From Octopus vulgaris (Eukaryota): 64,000 nt of DNA. Positions 13,174 to 26,250 of this stretch are shown here, in pieces. The stretch lies in contig OX597828.1 of assembly GCA_951406725.2 (NCBI GenBank), positions 57,846,001 through 57,910,000 of the forward strand, in the 5' to 3' direction. The notes beneath the pieces were generated by a model. It searched no databases, had not been told where the DNA came from, and saw only the letters and a program-made list of their open reading frames with translations. The stretch's first letter is position 1, and every line of letters starts with the position of its first letter. A program made the translations under genes and the position numbers.

Positions 13174-13527
13174 CAATTTACAGTGAAGCTGTCTAAAACC
13201 ATGTCTCCTGTTGTTTTTATTTCTTTATTTGGTTTGCTATTGTAGTTTCGGTGGTTTGAGAAATGTTCGAAATCGCCTGACAAAATGAATGATTTTGTAC
13301 ATCTTAAAATATATAATTTAATAACATAACGTTTCTGGCAGGGGAGAAATTAAATAAATACTTTGGAGAGAGTAAAACAAAGGAAAATGGAAAACAAGAA
13401 GTTTTAGAGAAAACCGAGATTTACAGGGTTTCGACATTTATGTTAATTCAATAAAATACAGAAAAGTTTCCCGGTGGTATCTAAACAAATAACTTAGCCA
13501 AACGTCTGGAAAAAACAACGACATCAC

Positions 13528-13543
13528 TAATAATAACAACAAC

Positions 13544-13587
<44 letters not shown>

Positions 13588-13619
13588 TAATAATAACAAT
13601 AATAACAACAACAATAATC

Positions 13620-13653
<34 letters not shown>

Positions 13654-13661
13654 CAATAATC

Positions 13662-13694
<33 letters not shown>

Positions 13695-13762
13695 GTAATA
13701 ATAATAATAATAATGATAATAATAATAATAACAACAATAATAATAATAATAATAATAATAAC

Positions 13763-13821
<59 letters not shown>

Positions 13822-13841
13822 TAATAAAAAACTGCAAGAAC

Positions 13842-13885
<44 letters not shown>

Positions 13886-13901
13886 CTGCAACAACAATAA
13901 C
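13528..13901. repeat. (AAT)n/(AAC)n microsatellite
   Basis: Directly visible. Confidence 0.97.
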
Positions 13902-14215
13902 ATCTTATATTTACTAAAAAGTAGGTATATTAAATTGAGTCAGCGTTGAATGGATGACAGGAATCCAGGAATATAGTTCAAGCTTAGAAAATATATTTTC
14001 GTCTTCTCGAAATAAACTTTTTTTCAACTTCTCACTTCAAAAATTGCATTAGATACCTAGTTTTGCTTTGCTTTGATTTTGCTTTCATTGTTGTTCGGCG
14101 CAGCAGCATTTGTACAAAATACATTACCTACCGCTACATAAAAGATCTGTGCTGAGAATGTTACAACAAAGCAAGTCTGTAAAATATACGTACCCTTTTA
14201 TTTATTTTGTAGGTA

Positions 14216-14219
<4 letters not shown>

Positions 14220-14250
<31 letters not shown>

Positions 14251-14547
14251 TATATATTTATATATATATTTATGTATATATATATATGTATGTATATGTA
14301 TATATATATATATATATATAAATATATATATGTATGTATGTATATGTATGTATATGTATGTATGTATATGTATGTATATGTATGTATGTATAGGTATGCA
14401 TGTGTATGTATGTATATGTATATATGTATATATATATATGTATGTGTTTATATGTATATATATGTATGTATATATATGTATATATGTGTGTATATATGTA
14501 TATATGTATGTATATATGTATATATATACATACACCACAAACCCACG

Positions 14548-14581
<34 letters not shown>

Positions 14582-14598
14582 CGTGGGTTTGTGGTGTA
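14220..14598. repeat. (TA)/(TATG) low-complexity tract ending in a perfect 68-bp palindrome (14531-14598)
   Basis: TACACCACAAACCCACGCTT-(AT)n-AAGCGTGGGTTTGTGGTGTA. Confidence 0.9.
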
Positions 14599-14957
14599 AG
14601 TAGGCATGTTTCTATTTCATGTGATTCTGAAATAAGTGTTTTTAAGCTGAAACGAATTTTACATTGTTGTTGGAATAATGTTTGTTACTAAAAGAGCATT
14701 TGCTGTCTTTTATTTCCTCTTTCTTGCTTGTTAATGTGAATATAAGTTGTTCACAGTAAATATGACATCTGCATTACAAGAAGTAATATGCTAATAAACT
14801 GATCCCACGCTGTGGTTTCGATTATCGTTTCAAACTTTACCAATTCTAAGTGGGTGTTAATATTCATGAGAGATAATTGAACGTTATGATTTACTATTTC
14901 AGTAGAATGCGTAAAACTTTAATATAAACGTGCGTGTATTGAGTGTGCGTATACCTA

Positions 14958-15569
14958 TACGAGGTGCGTCCAAAATGTGTCGGTCCTACTTTATTTTTTT
15001 CCAGCAAAAACCAATGCCTCGTCGTCAAAATACTTTGGATTGGAGGTGACATCACCCTTTCTGCGTATGTGCAAAAATTGTCGAGCCGGTAAGTCACGTT
15101 AAATGCCGGCTGTTACGCCTAGAGTTCAGACGTGTAATGCATGCTCATCAAATTATTGTTTTCAGGCAAGATGACCAAACACATGCCTCATCACCAGTGA
15201 TGGTGGTTTTCAGGAAGTCTAGGTCGTGGTTTGCACAGCCCAGTATGTCCTGAGCAATTTCTGCTGCTCCGCCAGCATCTTGCGGTCAAGTTTCGCCGAC
15301 ACTCTGAGCATGCACAAATTTTTCATTAAAATGGAATGCAAAGATTATTTGCTTATTCCCACTTCATGAGCATTTTTCAGGATTGTCACAGAACAGTCTT
15401 CCATGACTATTCGTCGAACCTTCTCAATCGGATTCTCGTCTCGACTTGAGTCTGGCCTTCAGGCATGCACAGGAATGATGGTTCCACCTCCGACCCAAAG
15501 TGTTATTCTCACGCAGCATTAGATTTTGTGAATAAACCTAAATCGGGTACTTTTCGAACGCACCCCGTA
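14958..15569 (-). mobile_element. Internally deleted mariner transposon
   Basis: TA-flanked imperfect TIRs TACG[A/G]GGTGCGT[C/T]C[A/G]AAA. Minus-strand transposase remnants LCMLRVSAKL..MLAEQQK and IAQDILGCANHDLDFLKTTITGDEA. Confidence 0.8.
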
Positions 15570-16805
15570 TATGTATAGATATGCATATGCTTATATATAT
15601 TTACATATGTATGCACACACTGACACACAACTACATCAACACATACATACACACATACTTACATGTATACATACATACATACGGACATACAGACATACAA
15701 ACAGACAGACGTACATACATAAATACACACACGTATAAATGTATGTAAACAATTTTGCGGATAAGTAAATTGAATATATTAAATATAACAGCTTGGGTAC
15801 GAAATATGAAATATGTATATATGTATACGAGAAAAACGAGAGAAAGCAAAGAGTTGAGACTTTCAGACGATGAATATTTAAGTATATAAATATATAGGTA
15901 TTTATATTAATAGATCCAAGTTACAAAGAGTACAAATGACAGAGAAAATTAAATGGGAGGGAGTAAAGTGTTATAAGTCCAACGGTTACTTCTGGGGACT
16001 CGGAGATCCATCATAATGTTGGTAGATATAGTTCATCACAATATGCAGGCCATGATGGAAGCCATCAACATTGGATAAATTCAGTATCCGCCATTAGAGT
16101 AGAAAACCTTGAATCATTTGAGCGTTACTAAGTGTTTTCTATACTGAAAATCACTGGATCCTATTTATTGACTGTATGTATGTATGTATGTATGTATGTA
16201 TGTATGTATGTATGTATGTATGTATGTATTTATGTATGTATACACCTGCGTATGGGAAACGAAACGATCTAAGAGAAATAATAAAGACAAACTGCATATA
16301 TTAAATGGAGGCAGTTAATATACTGTATACATTTAATATATTTCAATATATATTAAGCTCTATAGTAACTCTTTATTAAATGACGTACACGATAAACTCA
16401 TAAGTTATTGAAAAGATTTCTGCTTCCAGAAAAGTAGAACAATCGACTTGTAGTAAATGTGACCGATTGCAAATGAAAAATTGAGTAACTTTCATATATG
16501 AAGATTTCTTCACACTTGACAATGCATAATTGATAGACGCTAGTAATATAGATGGACTCATTCAGTCCATGGTAGTTCTTGTGTAAAATAAATTCTTGTT
16601 AGTTTATTTAAGCGAAAAATAAGTCATTCTTTTCTCATAGTTACCAAATTTTCTTTTCGATTTTAGCTCTCATTACTTCCGCTTTTTCCCCCATTTTCCT
16701 CTTGACCGCATATGTAGTGATATGAGGAAATCGTGTTACTACAAGATGAGTTCGTGAATAGTTTGCAAATTTATTTCTCTTATTTAATTGTAATTCCTTC
16801 CATAG

Positions 16806-16970
16806 GTGCGTGCTGTTGAAACTAAAAGTGAAGAGAGGAAAGTGAGCAACCCTAATGCAAGGATCCTTCTGGAAGTAAAAGATATTAATGATAATGCGCC
16901 GAAATTCAGAAAGCAATTCTACAAATATGAAATAAAGGACAACATTCCATTCAATGAACCTGTACATTCG
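16806..16970 (+). CDS. Cadherin-repeat gene, internal exon A (phase 0-0)
   Basis: ttccatag|...|gtaaga. VRAVETKSEERKVSNPNARILLEVKDINDNAPKFRKQFYKYEIKDNIPFNEPVHS contains DxNDNxP. Confidence 0.9.
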
Positions 16971-17116
16971 GTAAGATAAGAATACAATCTAAAAAAATAA
17001 ATAATGAATGTATAAATAGAGTTCTCATCCTAATCGTTTAATATCGATGTGCAAAATCTCATCATATATTGCTCTCACAATATAGAATCACTTTACTTAC
17101 TGGTCTTACTATATAT

Positions 17117-17396
17117 ATTTATTTACTACCCACAAGGGGCTAAACATAGAGGGGACAAACAAGGACAGACAAAGGGATTAAGTCGATTACATAGACCCCA
17201 TTGCGAAGCTGGTACTTTATCTATTGACCCCGAAAGGATGAAAGGCAAAGTCGACCTCGGCGGAATTTGAACTCAGAACGTATCGACAGACGAAATACCC
17301 ATTTCTTTACTACCCACAAGGGGCTAAACATAGAAGGAACAAACAAGGACAGACAAAGGGATTAAGTCGATTATATCGACCCCAGTGCGTAACTGG
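17117..17396 (-). mobile_element. SINE family 1 dimer, 5'-truncated
   Basis: Same core and tail as 4474-4900, with the same internal junction at ~17298. Confidence 0.8.
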
Positions 17397-19147
17397 ATCT
17401 GCAAAGTAAATTATTATATATCAAATGATGTTTCAACTTTTGTTATAAGGCCATTAATTTTAGCGGAGAGGGATTAGTCGAATTAATTGATTCCAGTACT
17501 TGACTGGTACTTTATTTGATTAACCACGCAAGGAAGAAAGGCAAAGTTGGTCTCAGCTGGAATTGAACTATCAGCATAAACAGACTTAACACCGCAAAGC
17601 ATTTTCTTGAGTGCTATGTAATGAGGAAGGGCAGTAATTTGGCAGAATGCGGCGAATAAAATGCATTTGGATATTTAGTTACGGGACTTTGAGTTCTGAT
17701 CTGAAACCCTTTCAATGTCAGCTTTGTTTTTCATCCTTCTCAGCTCGATAAATATATTCATGTACTGAAATCGAATTGATAGACTCTAACCTCTCCCCAA
17801 AAGTGTTTGGTCATATGCCAATATTAGAAACCAATGTTATGTAATAAGAAGTCAATTGTTTTGTTAATTAAAAGTAGAAATATTTCTCACGTAGCCCACC
17901 TATAATTGAAAGCAAATTTAAAGGTAGACGAATGTTTAACTATTTGCACAACGTAGAATACAAATCTCATTAGTCAAATAGTTATACACTTGGTAGAGAT
18001 CTCTGTTTAAATATTCATTGGGGTTACTCATTGAAATTCTCCAAATCTAATCTTCATCTCTCAAATCCTTCCAACAAAAATTACATTTGAATTTTTGAAA
18101 TAGATTATGAAGTTTGTACAGAAGATGACATCATAAATTAATTAAAAAGCTAATCATCACCACTATATTCAAAAGGGTTGAATAGATTTCTCCGCTCTGG
18201 ATTAGGTTAAGTTGACTTCCTAAAAATATATATCTCTACCAGACTTATCAGTTCTTCTCAATTCTCTAACAAAAAGAACTTTTTAGATCTATTTTAACGA
18301 TCTTTCTTCAAGTTTAGACTGATTCTATTCCAGTCCTTTACTAATCAGAGAAACATGTTCTGCTTGATCTAATCATTAATCATTTTCTTCCTCCAGTGGT
18401 ATGTACCTGAGAAAAACTTGATACGAATTTTTTTGCTTTATTCTTTTTGTTTTTGACTTTTACGGTGTATAGTAACAATTTACTCAAAGTTTTGCTTATC
18501 TGATTTCACAATTTCTATTTAAGTTTGTATTTTGTTAAAAACTTGTCATTACCCGGTGTAATCAAAATTAATCCTATTTTATTTTCAATGGCTGATGGAT
18601 TGGAAAACCTGGATTTTCAAGACTTTTTTCCATTCGGTTAGCCATAGCCTACCCGCATTGTCAGGTGTAGACTATTCGAGATTTTTTGAGGTACATATTT
18701 AAATATATCTGCCGTGGAGGATATGATCAAAAACTCAGCCAAATAAAAAACTTAGCTTATGAGAACTAACTTCTAACTCTAAGGGGTGAGATACCTGTGT
18801 AACTGGAACTCTCCAAAATACAGCATTGTTGTAACCTACAATTCTTATCAGTTGTCGTTATTAAAAGTGTTTGATAGTACTCTCCGGCATGAGAGTCGGT
18901 TTCTTTAAATATTGATATTAACCAAAATCGATTCTTATAGAGGATATTAGTCTAAAACCACACATTCTGTGGAAGAGTTTTGTCCATTAAATTGACCGGA
19001 AATATAAAAATGATTTTGACTTCGACGGAATTTCAAATCAGAACATAAAAATCGTAACTAAATACTGCAAAATTGTTTGTCCAACTTCTTCAACAATTCT
19101 ACCAATTCATTGTCTTTGGTTTCTTATCTACATTAATATTTCTTCAG

Positions 19148-19395
19148 CCCACAGAAAGCATTGATGCATTTGATCCTGATTTAGCAGAGAACGGTACCGT
19201 TGCTTACACAATTATTGAAGTCACCAGAAAAGGTGGAGGAACCTCCTTCAATGACATAAGCCGTTTCAAAATGGATGAAGGCGGAAATCTTAGAGTGGGT
19301 CAAAGTCTAAGAGATTTACGGCGGAAAGGTATTTTTCCAGAGTATCGAATCCTTATTAAAGCAGAAGACCAAACAGAAGATACCAGTTTGCGACG
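19148..19395 (+). CDS. Cadherin-repeat gene, exon B (phase 0-2)
   Basis: ttcttcag|...|gtaagc. PTESIDAFDPDLAENGTVAYTII...EYRILIKAEDQTEDTSLR contains AxDxD..NG.V.Y and Y...I.A.D. Confidence 0.9.
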
Positions 19396-20436
19396 GTAAG
19401 CGATTTTCATCATGAAATGTTTTTAATTGTTTGAATTTTATAATACTGAGATTGATTTGGTTCTTTGTAGTCTAATCTCTATGATTTAATCTTGCTTACT
19501 TCTAAATGTAATTGTATCAGGATATTATTAAACACCAAAAACGTTTCAAACACAAATATTAAATATTTGCAACGCGCATGTTTTGTGTGGTTAATTGTGT
19601 GAATGTGCCTCAAACAAATATCTCCTTGTGGCATTTATTTAAATACTTGTTGAATAAACTCTGGCCTCGCCCGTCAATTGTAATAGCTGACTTTTCACAC
19701 AGCAGATAACCTCTGAATAACAGGAAAATAGTTTTCATGTATGCTTGAATGCATATATAGAAGATCATTAGATTTTATCTTCCAAAATCTTCCAAATTTC
19801 TCACCAATAGAGAAAGGTCTGTTTTCCAGCCTTGAAGCGGTTTCTTTCGTTCAAATTTACATAACAACTAGATGGTGAAGAAAACATGTATGGATGTGCA
19901 TATGTTTGTATGTATCTGGACATGGATGTAAGTATATAAGATGTTTTATATATATGTGGGTTCTCTATGGTTTGAGCATGGTAGTGTTCAAAAACATATG
20001 CATGCATGCTTGCTTGTGTGCGTTTATACACTTATTATCTGCTTATACACACCGCGTTTGTTTACACTTATCGTATGGATAAATGCACTTACTACAAATT
20101 ACATATCTGAAATTACATATGCTTGCAACTATTATTTCTTAATTAGCCAGTTTCTGATGATTAGGGTAGAAGCAATCAGCTACATATCCAAACGTCGCAA
20201 TAATTCCAAGTCTAAGTCTAAAAATATAATCCAAATTGTATACTTGTAGACTTTTATTTTAGATTGACAAAAGTAAGTTTCATATAATTGCCAACCAAGT
20301 GTGGCATCCTATACTGGACAGTGCTACTGACGTTTATAGAAAGACATCTCTTCCAGCTGGCTAACGACACACATTCTGTGTCTGATTAGTATTTGCAAGG
20401 GGAGGTCATTACTCTCATCTCCAGCCTTACGTGATA

Positions 20437-20483
20437 CACATGGCCTCGAGTTCCTGGGTGGTAACCCGTTCTCAGCTTGTGTT
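20437..20483 (-). ncRNA. Degenerate copy of the type I HHR
   Basis: Reverse complement acacaag-CTGAGAA-c-gggt(tacc)accc-a-GGAA-ctcgag-GC-catgtgt has three core substitutions relative to 20774-20820. Confidence 0.65.
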
Positions 20484-20773
20484 AATCACCAGCTAGTGCT
20501 GAAAACTCACCCCACTCGTAAAAGGCTATATGCTTTTTCCAGCGACGAAACGTCGCTGAACTCGTAAAAGGAGAAATAAGCTATATTAAATCTCTGAGCG
20601 AGATGTATACAGTAGCAATACGGAATCGTAACATATAATTGCCAACCAAGTGTGGCGTCCTATACAGGACAGTGCTACTGTCGTTTAGAGACCCAGGAAG
20701 ACATATCTTCCAGCTGGAAAAAGCATTTAGTATTTTGCGAGTGGGGTGAATTTTCAGCAGTAGCTGGTGATTA

Positions 20774-20820
20774 ACACACGCTGAGGACGGGTACCCACCC
20801 AGAAACTCGAGTCCATGTGT
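20774..20820 (+). ncRNA. Type I hammerhead ribozyme, intact core
   Basis: acacacg-CTGAGGA-c-gggt(accc)accc-a-GAAA-ctcgag-TC-catgtgt. GUC site after 20813, palindromic stem III, stem I extends through gtgat/atcac. Confidence 0.85.
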
Positions 20821-21284
20821 ATCACGTAAGGCTAGTGGTGGGAGCGATGACCTACCCTCTCAAATACTAATCGGACACAGAATGTGTGTAGTTAGCCAGC
20901 TGGAAGGGATGTCTTCCTGGGGCTATAAATTTCAGTAGCACTGTCTTGTATAGGACGCCACACTTAGTTGGCGATTATATGTTACGATTCCGTATTGCAA
21001 CTGTTTACATCTCGCTCAGAGATTTAATGTAGCTAAAAGTAAGTTTCCTCACTAATCTAATATTTACTAAATTTGGAGAGTCATGCTGAAAGGTTACTTT
21101 CCCAGCGTAGCGAATCATTTTAATGAAGGAGATCAAAACAATATATCGATTCTGGACCTTAAGAGATTATCAACATTCATGAGAGAATACTTTCTGAGGG
21201 ATCCTCGTATAATTTGCCGCTTGCATGCAAACGAAGATTTTGCTCTTCAATAATAGTGGGATTTCTCAATGTCGTCGAATGGAT

Positions 21285-21625
21285 CGGGACCCCTTTCGGT
21301 CACGACACTGACCACGAGATTGCACCTAGAAAGTAACCCTCCAAGTCACAAGTCTGAGCAAGGTGGTTTATGGAAGACCAGCAGTCGCCCATGCATACCG
21401 GCCTCCCCTCTCCACGCCACCAGTGTTATCCAAGGGAAAGACAAAGGTCGATACAGCTTGGCACCTGTGACGTCGCAACTCATTTCTACAGCTGAGTGAA
21501 CTGGAGCAACGTGAAATAAAGTGCCTTGCTCAAGAACACAACACGCAGCCCGGTCCGGGATTCGAGCTCACAACCTCATGATCGTAAGCTCGACGCTCTA
21601 ACCACTGAGCCATGCGCCTTCACTA
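21285..21625 (-). mobile_element. Full-length tRNA(Arg)-like SINE (family 3)
   Basis: Head GGCGCATGGCTCAGTGGTTAGAGCG..TTACGAT..GAGCTCGAATCCC; TSD TCGAATGGAT at 21275-21284 and 21626-21635. Confidence 0.88.
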
Positions 21626-22604
21626 TCGAATGGATATAAAGTGGTATTCAAAGGACGTTTGAATTGATACTATGTCTCTGCATTTTCGTTATCAGACAGA
21701 AGCAGTCGATGTCATCACTAACGTGAAAATGTCAATTAATGGTTAATGGTTGTCTCAATTTCCTTTATTATCCACTCTACAAATCCAAAATATTGATCCA
21801 CCAATCAGTAGAGTAAACTTTGTGATAGATTGATTTATATCATGCAGAGTGTTCTCAGTGTTTTCTTTCCTGATTCATGCACCTTTTTTATTTTAACTAA
21901 GTCGTAGATATATTTTCTTTTACGCCTAAGTACAAGTAGCATTCCCTATAAGACATCGGGAAAATAGTCGGTCGATATTTTACTAGCTTGGCTTACAGCT
22001 AGCTTTCCCTCGGCTTACAATTATGTTGACCCAAATCTATCTTTATATCCTTTGAGAATGACGTAACGAGATCAAGACTCCTCTTCACGCTTTCTTTATA
22101 CTTGAAATATACTTTGTCCACAGGTGAGTTATGTATTAGTTCGAGGTTTTGGTGTCTTCTTCTGAGCTAATTACGGACTAGATTTCTCCAGCAAAATGAA
22201 CAAAAGGATTATCAAATGAATAATCAGCATCTCAGATAAAAATCTTTCCTTGAAATACAGAATCCTGTACTCCATTAGAGACAATACAATCACCCTTTAA
22301 TTTAACTTTAGGATGGTAACCCAGCACCGAATCATGTTGCATGTCACATAGATGATGGGTTTTTTTTTAATTTTAGATGTCAAAAGAATCTCTGTTGTCG
22401 AGGAGCCTTAAACAATCCACAAATTAGCAACGGAATTGAATAATTTTGATCACCAGAGACTCTGACCACATTCCTACTATGCCACAGCACTTTTGCTGTC
22501 ATACTTTTGATATTTAGCAATTGTTCAGCAAATCTCCAAACTTGTTCCCTTCAAACTGCTTCTTTATTTGTAATGATATTATCATCATCACAAAGCAACA
22601 CGAT

Positions 22605-23275
22605 GACGGAATCGTCAGCACGCCGGGCGAAATGCTTAGCGATATTTTATTCGTCTTGTAAGGCGGCGAGCTGGCAGAAACGTTAGCGCGCCGGGCGAAA
22701 TGCGTAGCCGTATTTCGTCTGCCGTTACGTTCTGAGTTCAAATTCCGCCGAGGTCGACTTTGCCTTTCATCCTTTCGGGGTCGATAAATTAAGTACGATT
22801 TACGCACTAGGGTCGATGTAATCGACTTACTCCCTTTGTCTGTCCTTGTTTGTTGCCTCTATATTTAGCCCCTTGTGGGTAATAAAGAAACGGATATTTT
22901 ATTCGTCTTTACTTCTGATTTCAAATTCCGCCGAATTTGACTCTCCTTTCATTCTTTCAGGGTCGATAAATTAAGTACTAATGGAACACTGGGATCGATG
23001 TAATCGACTAGTGCCCTCCCTTAAAATTTCAGGCCTTGTGCCTTTAGTAGAAAAGATTATTATCATCACATGTTGGCGCAATCGTTAGCACACCGGCTGA
23101 AATGCCTTAGCGGTAGCTTGTCCGTCTTTATGTTCTGAGTTCAAATTCCGCCTACGTCGACTTTGCCTTTCATCTTTTCGGAGTCGTTAAGATAAGTACC
23201 ATTTGAGCACTGGAGTTGTTGTAATCGACTTACTTCTTATCTGAAATTGCTGGCCTTGTGTGTAAATTTGAAACC
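22605..23275 (+). mobile_element. Nested and tandem SINE family 1 cluster
   Basis: A young copy at ~22659-22890 sits inside an older copy with TSD GATATTTTATTCGTCTT (22641 and 22893). A further diverged copy lies at ~23070-23275. Confidence 0.82.
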
Positions 23276-24234
23276 ACTATTAATATCTTAAATGAATACG
23301 TTCGGACTTTTTATGAGTGTATGTTTACAAGAAGGCGGGTAGGTAGGTATGTGCGAACATATGCATGTATGAATGAATGAATGTATTTATGCTTGTTTAC
23401 TTGTTTCAACCAACATGAATCGCTCACCCATGTACGAAGGCTTTCTAATAAATTAGAAATGGGAATACTAATTCAGTAGAGAATAGGGGAGAATAGTAGA
23501 GAATTTGCAAAATTCATCATTGTTGCTTTCCTCTCGTCTATCACTTCCTTATGACCGTACAATCATCATCACCAACAACAACATCCGCGAACATCATCAT
23601 TATCATCATCATCACTGCCAATATTGAGAGTTGTGTGAATTTTGCAATAAAGTCCTTTGTTTCATTTTGTCCCTTTCTGGAAGATCGAATGAAGTTGAGA
23701 AGCCATAAATATCATTACTTAGGTGTCATTCTCAAACACAGTAGCTTTATCTAACTCTACCGTTAGGCAAATATTATTTAGGAGTATGGAATTACTAAAT
23801 TCCATATTAATGAACAAATCGCACACACATACACACACACACACACACATACATACATACACATATATATATATATACAAGGCCGCACTTCAAGTTCGGT
23901 CGATCCCCTCATACACAGATGTTAAACTTCATGAAAAATCACCAAATGTACATCTTAATATCCGTCAATTACATGTAACTGTTAGCATATACAAAGTTTA
24001 AAAGCATCTACCAATGCAAACTTTTGCTATCTAAACGAGGTACACCATATTCACCAACAATATACTTCTACAATCCATACAAAAAAAATTCTTTGTACAC
24101 AATTAGATGTTCCCAAACTTTATGGTCTTTAGAACAATGCTCTCTACATCGAAGATGCATTTAGTCCTTCATGTATCATTATAGTTCTCAGATTTTTTTT
24201 TTTTTTGTAATCCCAATTAACTGAATAATCTCTA

Positions 24235-26250
24235 TCCTGAACGACTAGTGACTGTTAAGTTCAAATATATTCTAAGAGCTACAACAACAGTTAGAAAGGT
24301 TTCGGCAGTTTCTGCCTTATGAGATGAAAGTGCCCGTTGATATTGGACGAAACATGACCTGAACTTAAAAAAGACTAAAAAGTACTACAATTATTTATGC
24401 TATGAAAATTTTACTAAACACACTTGCGAAAGCGGTGATGGGTTTCTCAGCTTCGGTTCTTATCTCTGCATCAGATAAACTGTATAACTTCACAATAACT
24501 TTGAATTTTCCGTGCACCGATTAATATGCTACCCTGGGTTTTTTGCAAGGTGACAAACAAATGATCTAAAATGACATCAAAAGTCTCGCACCTAATTTTT
24601 TCTCCTACAAAAGGGACAGCATACTCCGAAGTTGTCACTAGAGGGGCATCAAAGTTTTGTTTTCCCTTAGTCGATCTATCGTTGCTTCATAGACTATGTT
24701 TCCACACATGTTCCTGGCATCCAGTTTCAACTCTTCATACTCTTCATACTTATCCCGATGTGACTTCAGAATTTTTCCCACCGAATCAATTAGATCTGTC
24801 ACTTTATTCAGATGAACTTCAACACCTTGAAAAGAATTGTTTTTACTGTTAATCCTTCAAGAATTAAATTCCCGCCAGATCTTAGTCATTAGCGCAGTTT
24901 CAGGACAGTCCATTTTGTCTACCAATGACTTCAATTTTTTGCTTCAGTTGTTTGTTCTAAATCATATTCAATATCTCCAAGTGCATTTTAAATGCAGATA
25001 TAATCGATCTACGATGGTCTAAGTAGCGCATGCTCTTGCTGACCAACGAGTTTCTGACAACGACTTCAAAGTCAGTTCTCTTTTATTTTCTTCCAAAGAT
25101 TTCATTGATTTTTTCTCTCTGTCTTTCAACGCAGAAAAGAAGTGTATACCTTTGGTATGAAGCCAATATAGCTTCGACATACCATGAAGCATTAGCGTCT
25201 CATACAAGATTCAATGAACGAGTAGCACTGGTAAAGAAAACTGTAACCAAGTTCTTTTCCTTAAGTCTGGCTTGCATTTCTGTGTCGTGATCAGACATAT
25301 TACTAGTGTTATCGTAGGACTGACCTTTGCAGTCTTCAAAATTTATACCCGATTTATTTAGGAAATCTTAACACAGATGTAGCCAGTGTTTCCACTTTGT
25401 GAAACCAGTCTGCAGAAAAGTTAAAAGCCTTTCTATCGGCTTCCCAGGAACAATATAATGCACAGTAACTGTTAGCTGATAAACTTCGGCGCGGTCTGGT
25501 CTGGTATTAGATACTTCGCAGTTTTAAGTTTTGATACAATATGATCCCCATATCTTAAATATAACACAGCCATGTTTTCGTTGGTGGTAATTATAAGTAC
25601 GACAGCTGACGACTTCCGAAATTGCCGAATACTTTCAAGTGACCCATTAGAAATGGATCAAAGTGTGCAATAAATTCCATAATTGCACAAAAGCTCTCAT
25701 TTTACATAGATCTATGATTTCTTCACTCATCTTAAATGCCAGATTTCTATCGGCTAGAATTATTGTATACGGCCACAACACAGCTCAATACCTCAGCACA
25801 GTATTTCGTGTTTCTCTGTACTGTTTTCCTACTTGTTATTAATATGAAAACAATCCCCGCATAGAAGAAGATTAAACAGCAACATAGACCTCTGTGTTTT
25901 CATTTTCTCCCCTGCGTTTTTTCTAATCATTAAATCCCATCCTTGTTGGAAAACCTTCCAGGGTAGCTTGACATCAAAGTAGAGTAAAATCAATTAACTG
26001 CACTCCTTGGTGGGCTGTACAAGATCCACTTTGTCAAACACTGCCCATCATTGTCACAAACAGTACAAAATTGAATTTTTAAAATAATGAGTGCTCACCA
26101 TTTTTTTTTTTATATTGGCGTCAATATTCAGTATTCTGAAAAAAACAGGGACACTTTTTTTCTGGACGGAAACTATCTGGTTCGGTGTAGATCCGAAGAT
26201 AACACTTTGCTATCCATATCAGTAGAATGCGGTGATCCTTCGTTTTCAAT
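24235..26250 (-). pseudogene. Degenerate hAT (ZMYM1-like) transposase
   Basis: Minus-strand fragments DCKGQSYDNTSNMS, QLTVTVHYIV, LKSLSETRWSAR, and the hATC-like TVVVALRIYLNLTVTSRSG*R. Confidence 0.8.

Larger units (their letters stand above)
20282..21034. mobile_element. Retrozyme-like non-coding element: ~351-nt unit, antisense ~1.25-mer plus sense ~0.9-mer
   Basis: Direct repeat at 20281 and 20632. 20713-21034 is the reverse complement of the unit. 13-bp TSD AAAAGTAAGTTTC at 20269-20281 and 21035-21047. Two HHR copies. Confidence 0.8.

Noticed and set aside
13481-14607. Poly-Ile and YIYI/THTH/LSIY ORFs here and throughout the ORF track
   Set aside because: They are translations of microsatellites with no coding signal.
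20282-21034. CRISPR-like or MITE interpretation of the repeats
   Set aside because: Eukaryotic context with no repeat-spacer pattern. The inverted arms are offset and permuted rather than terminal TIRs.
21540-21620. tRNA-like sequences (also ~43840-43915 and ~54763-54825)
   Set aside because: They are SINE heads continuing into repeat bodies, not tRNA genes.
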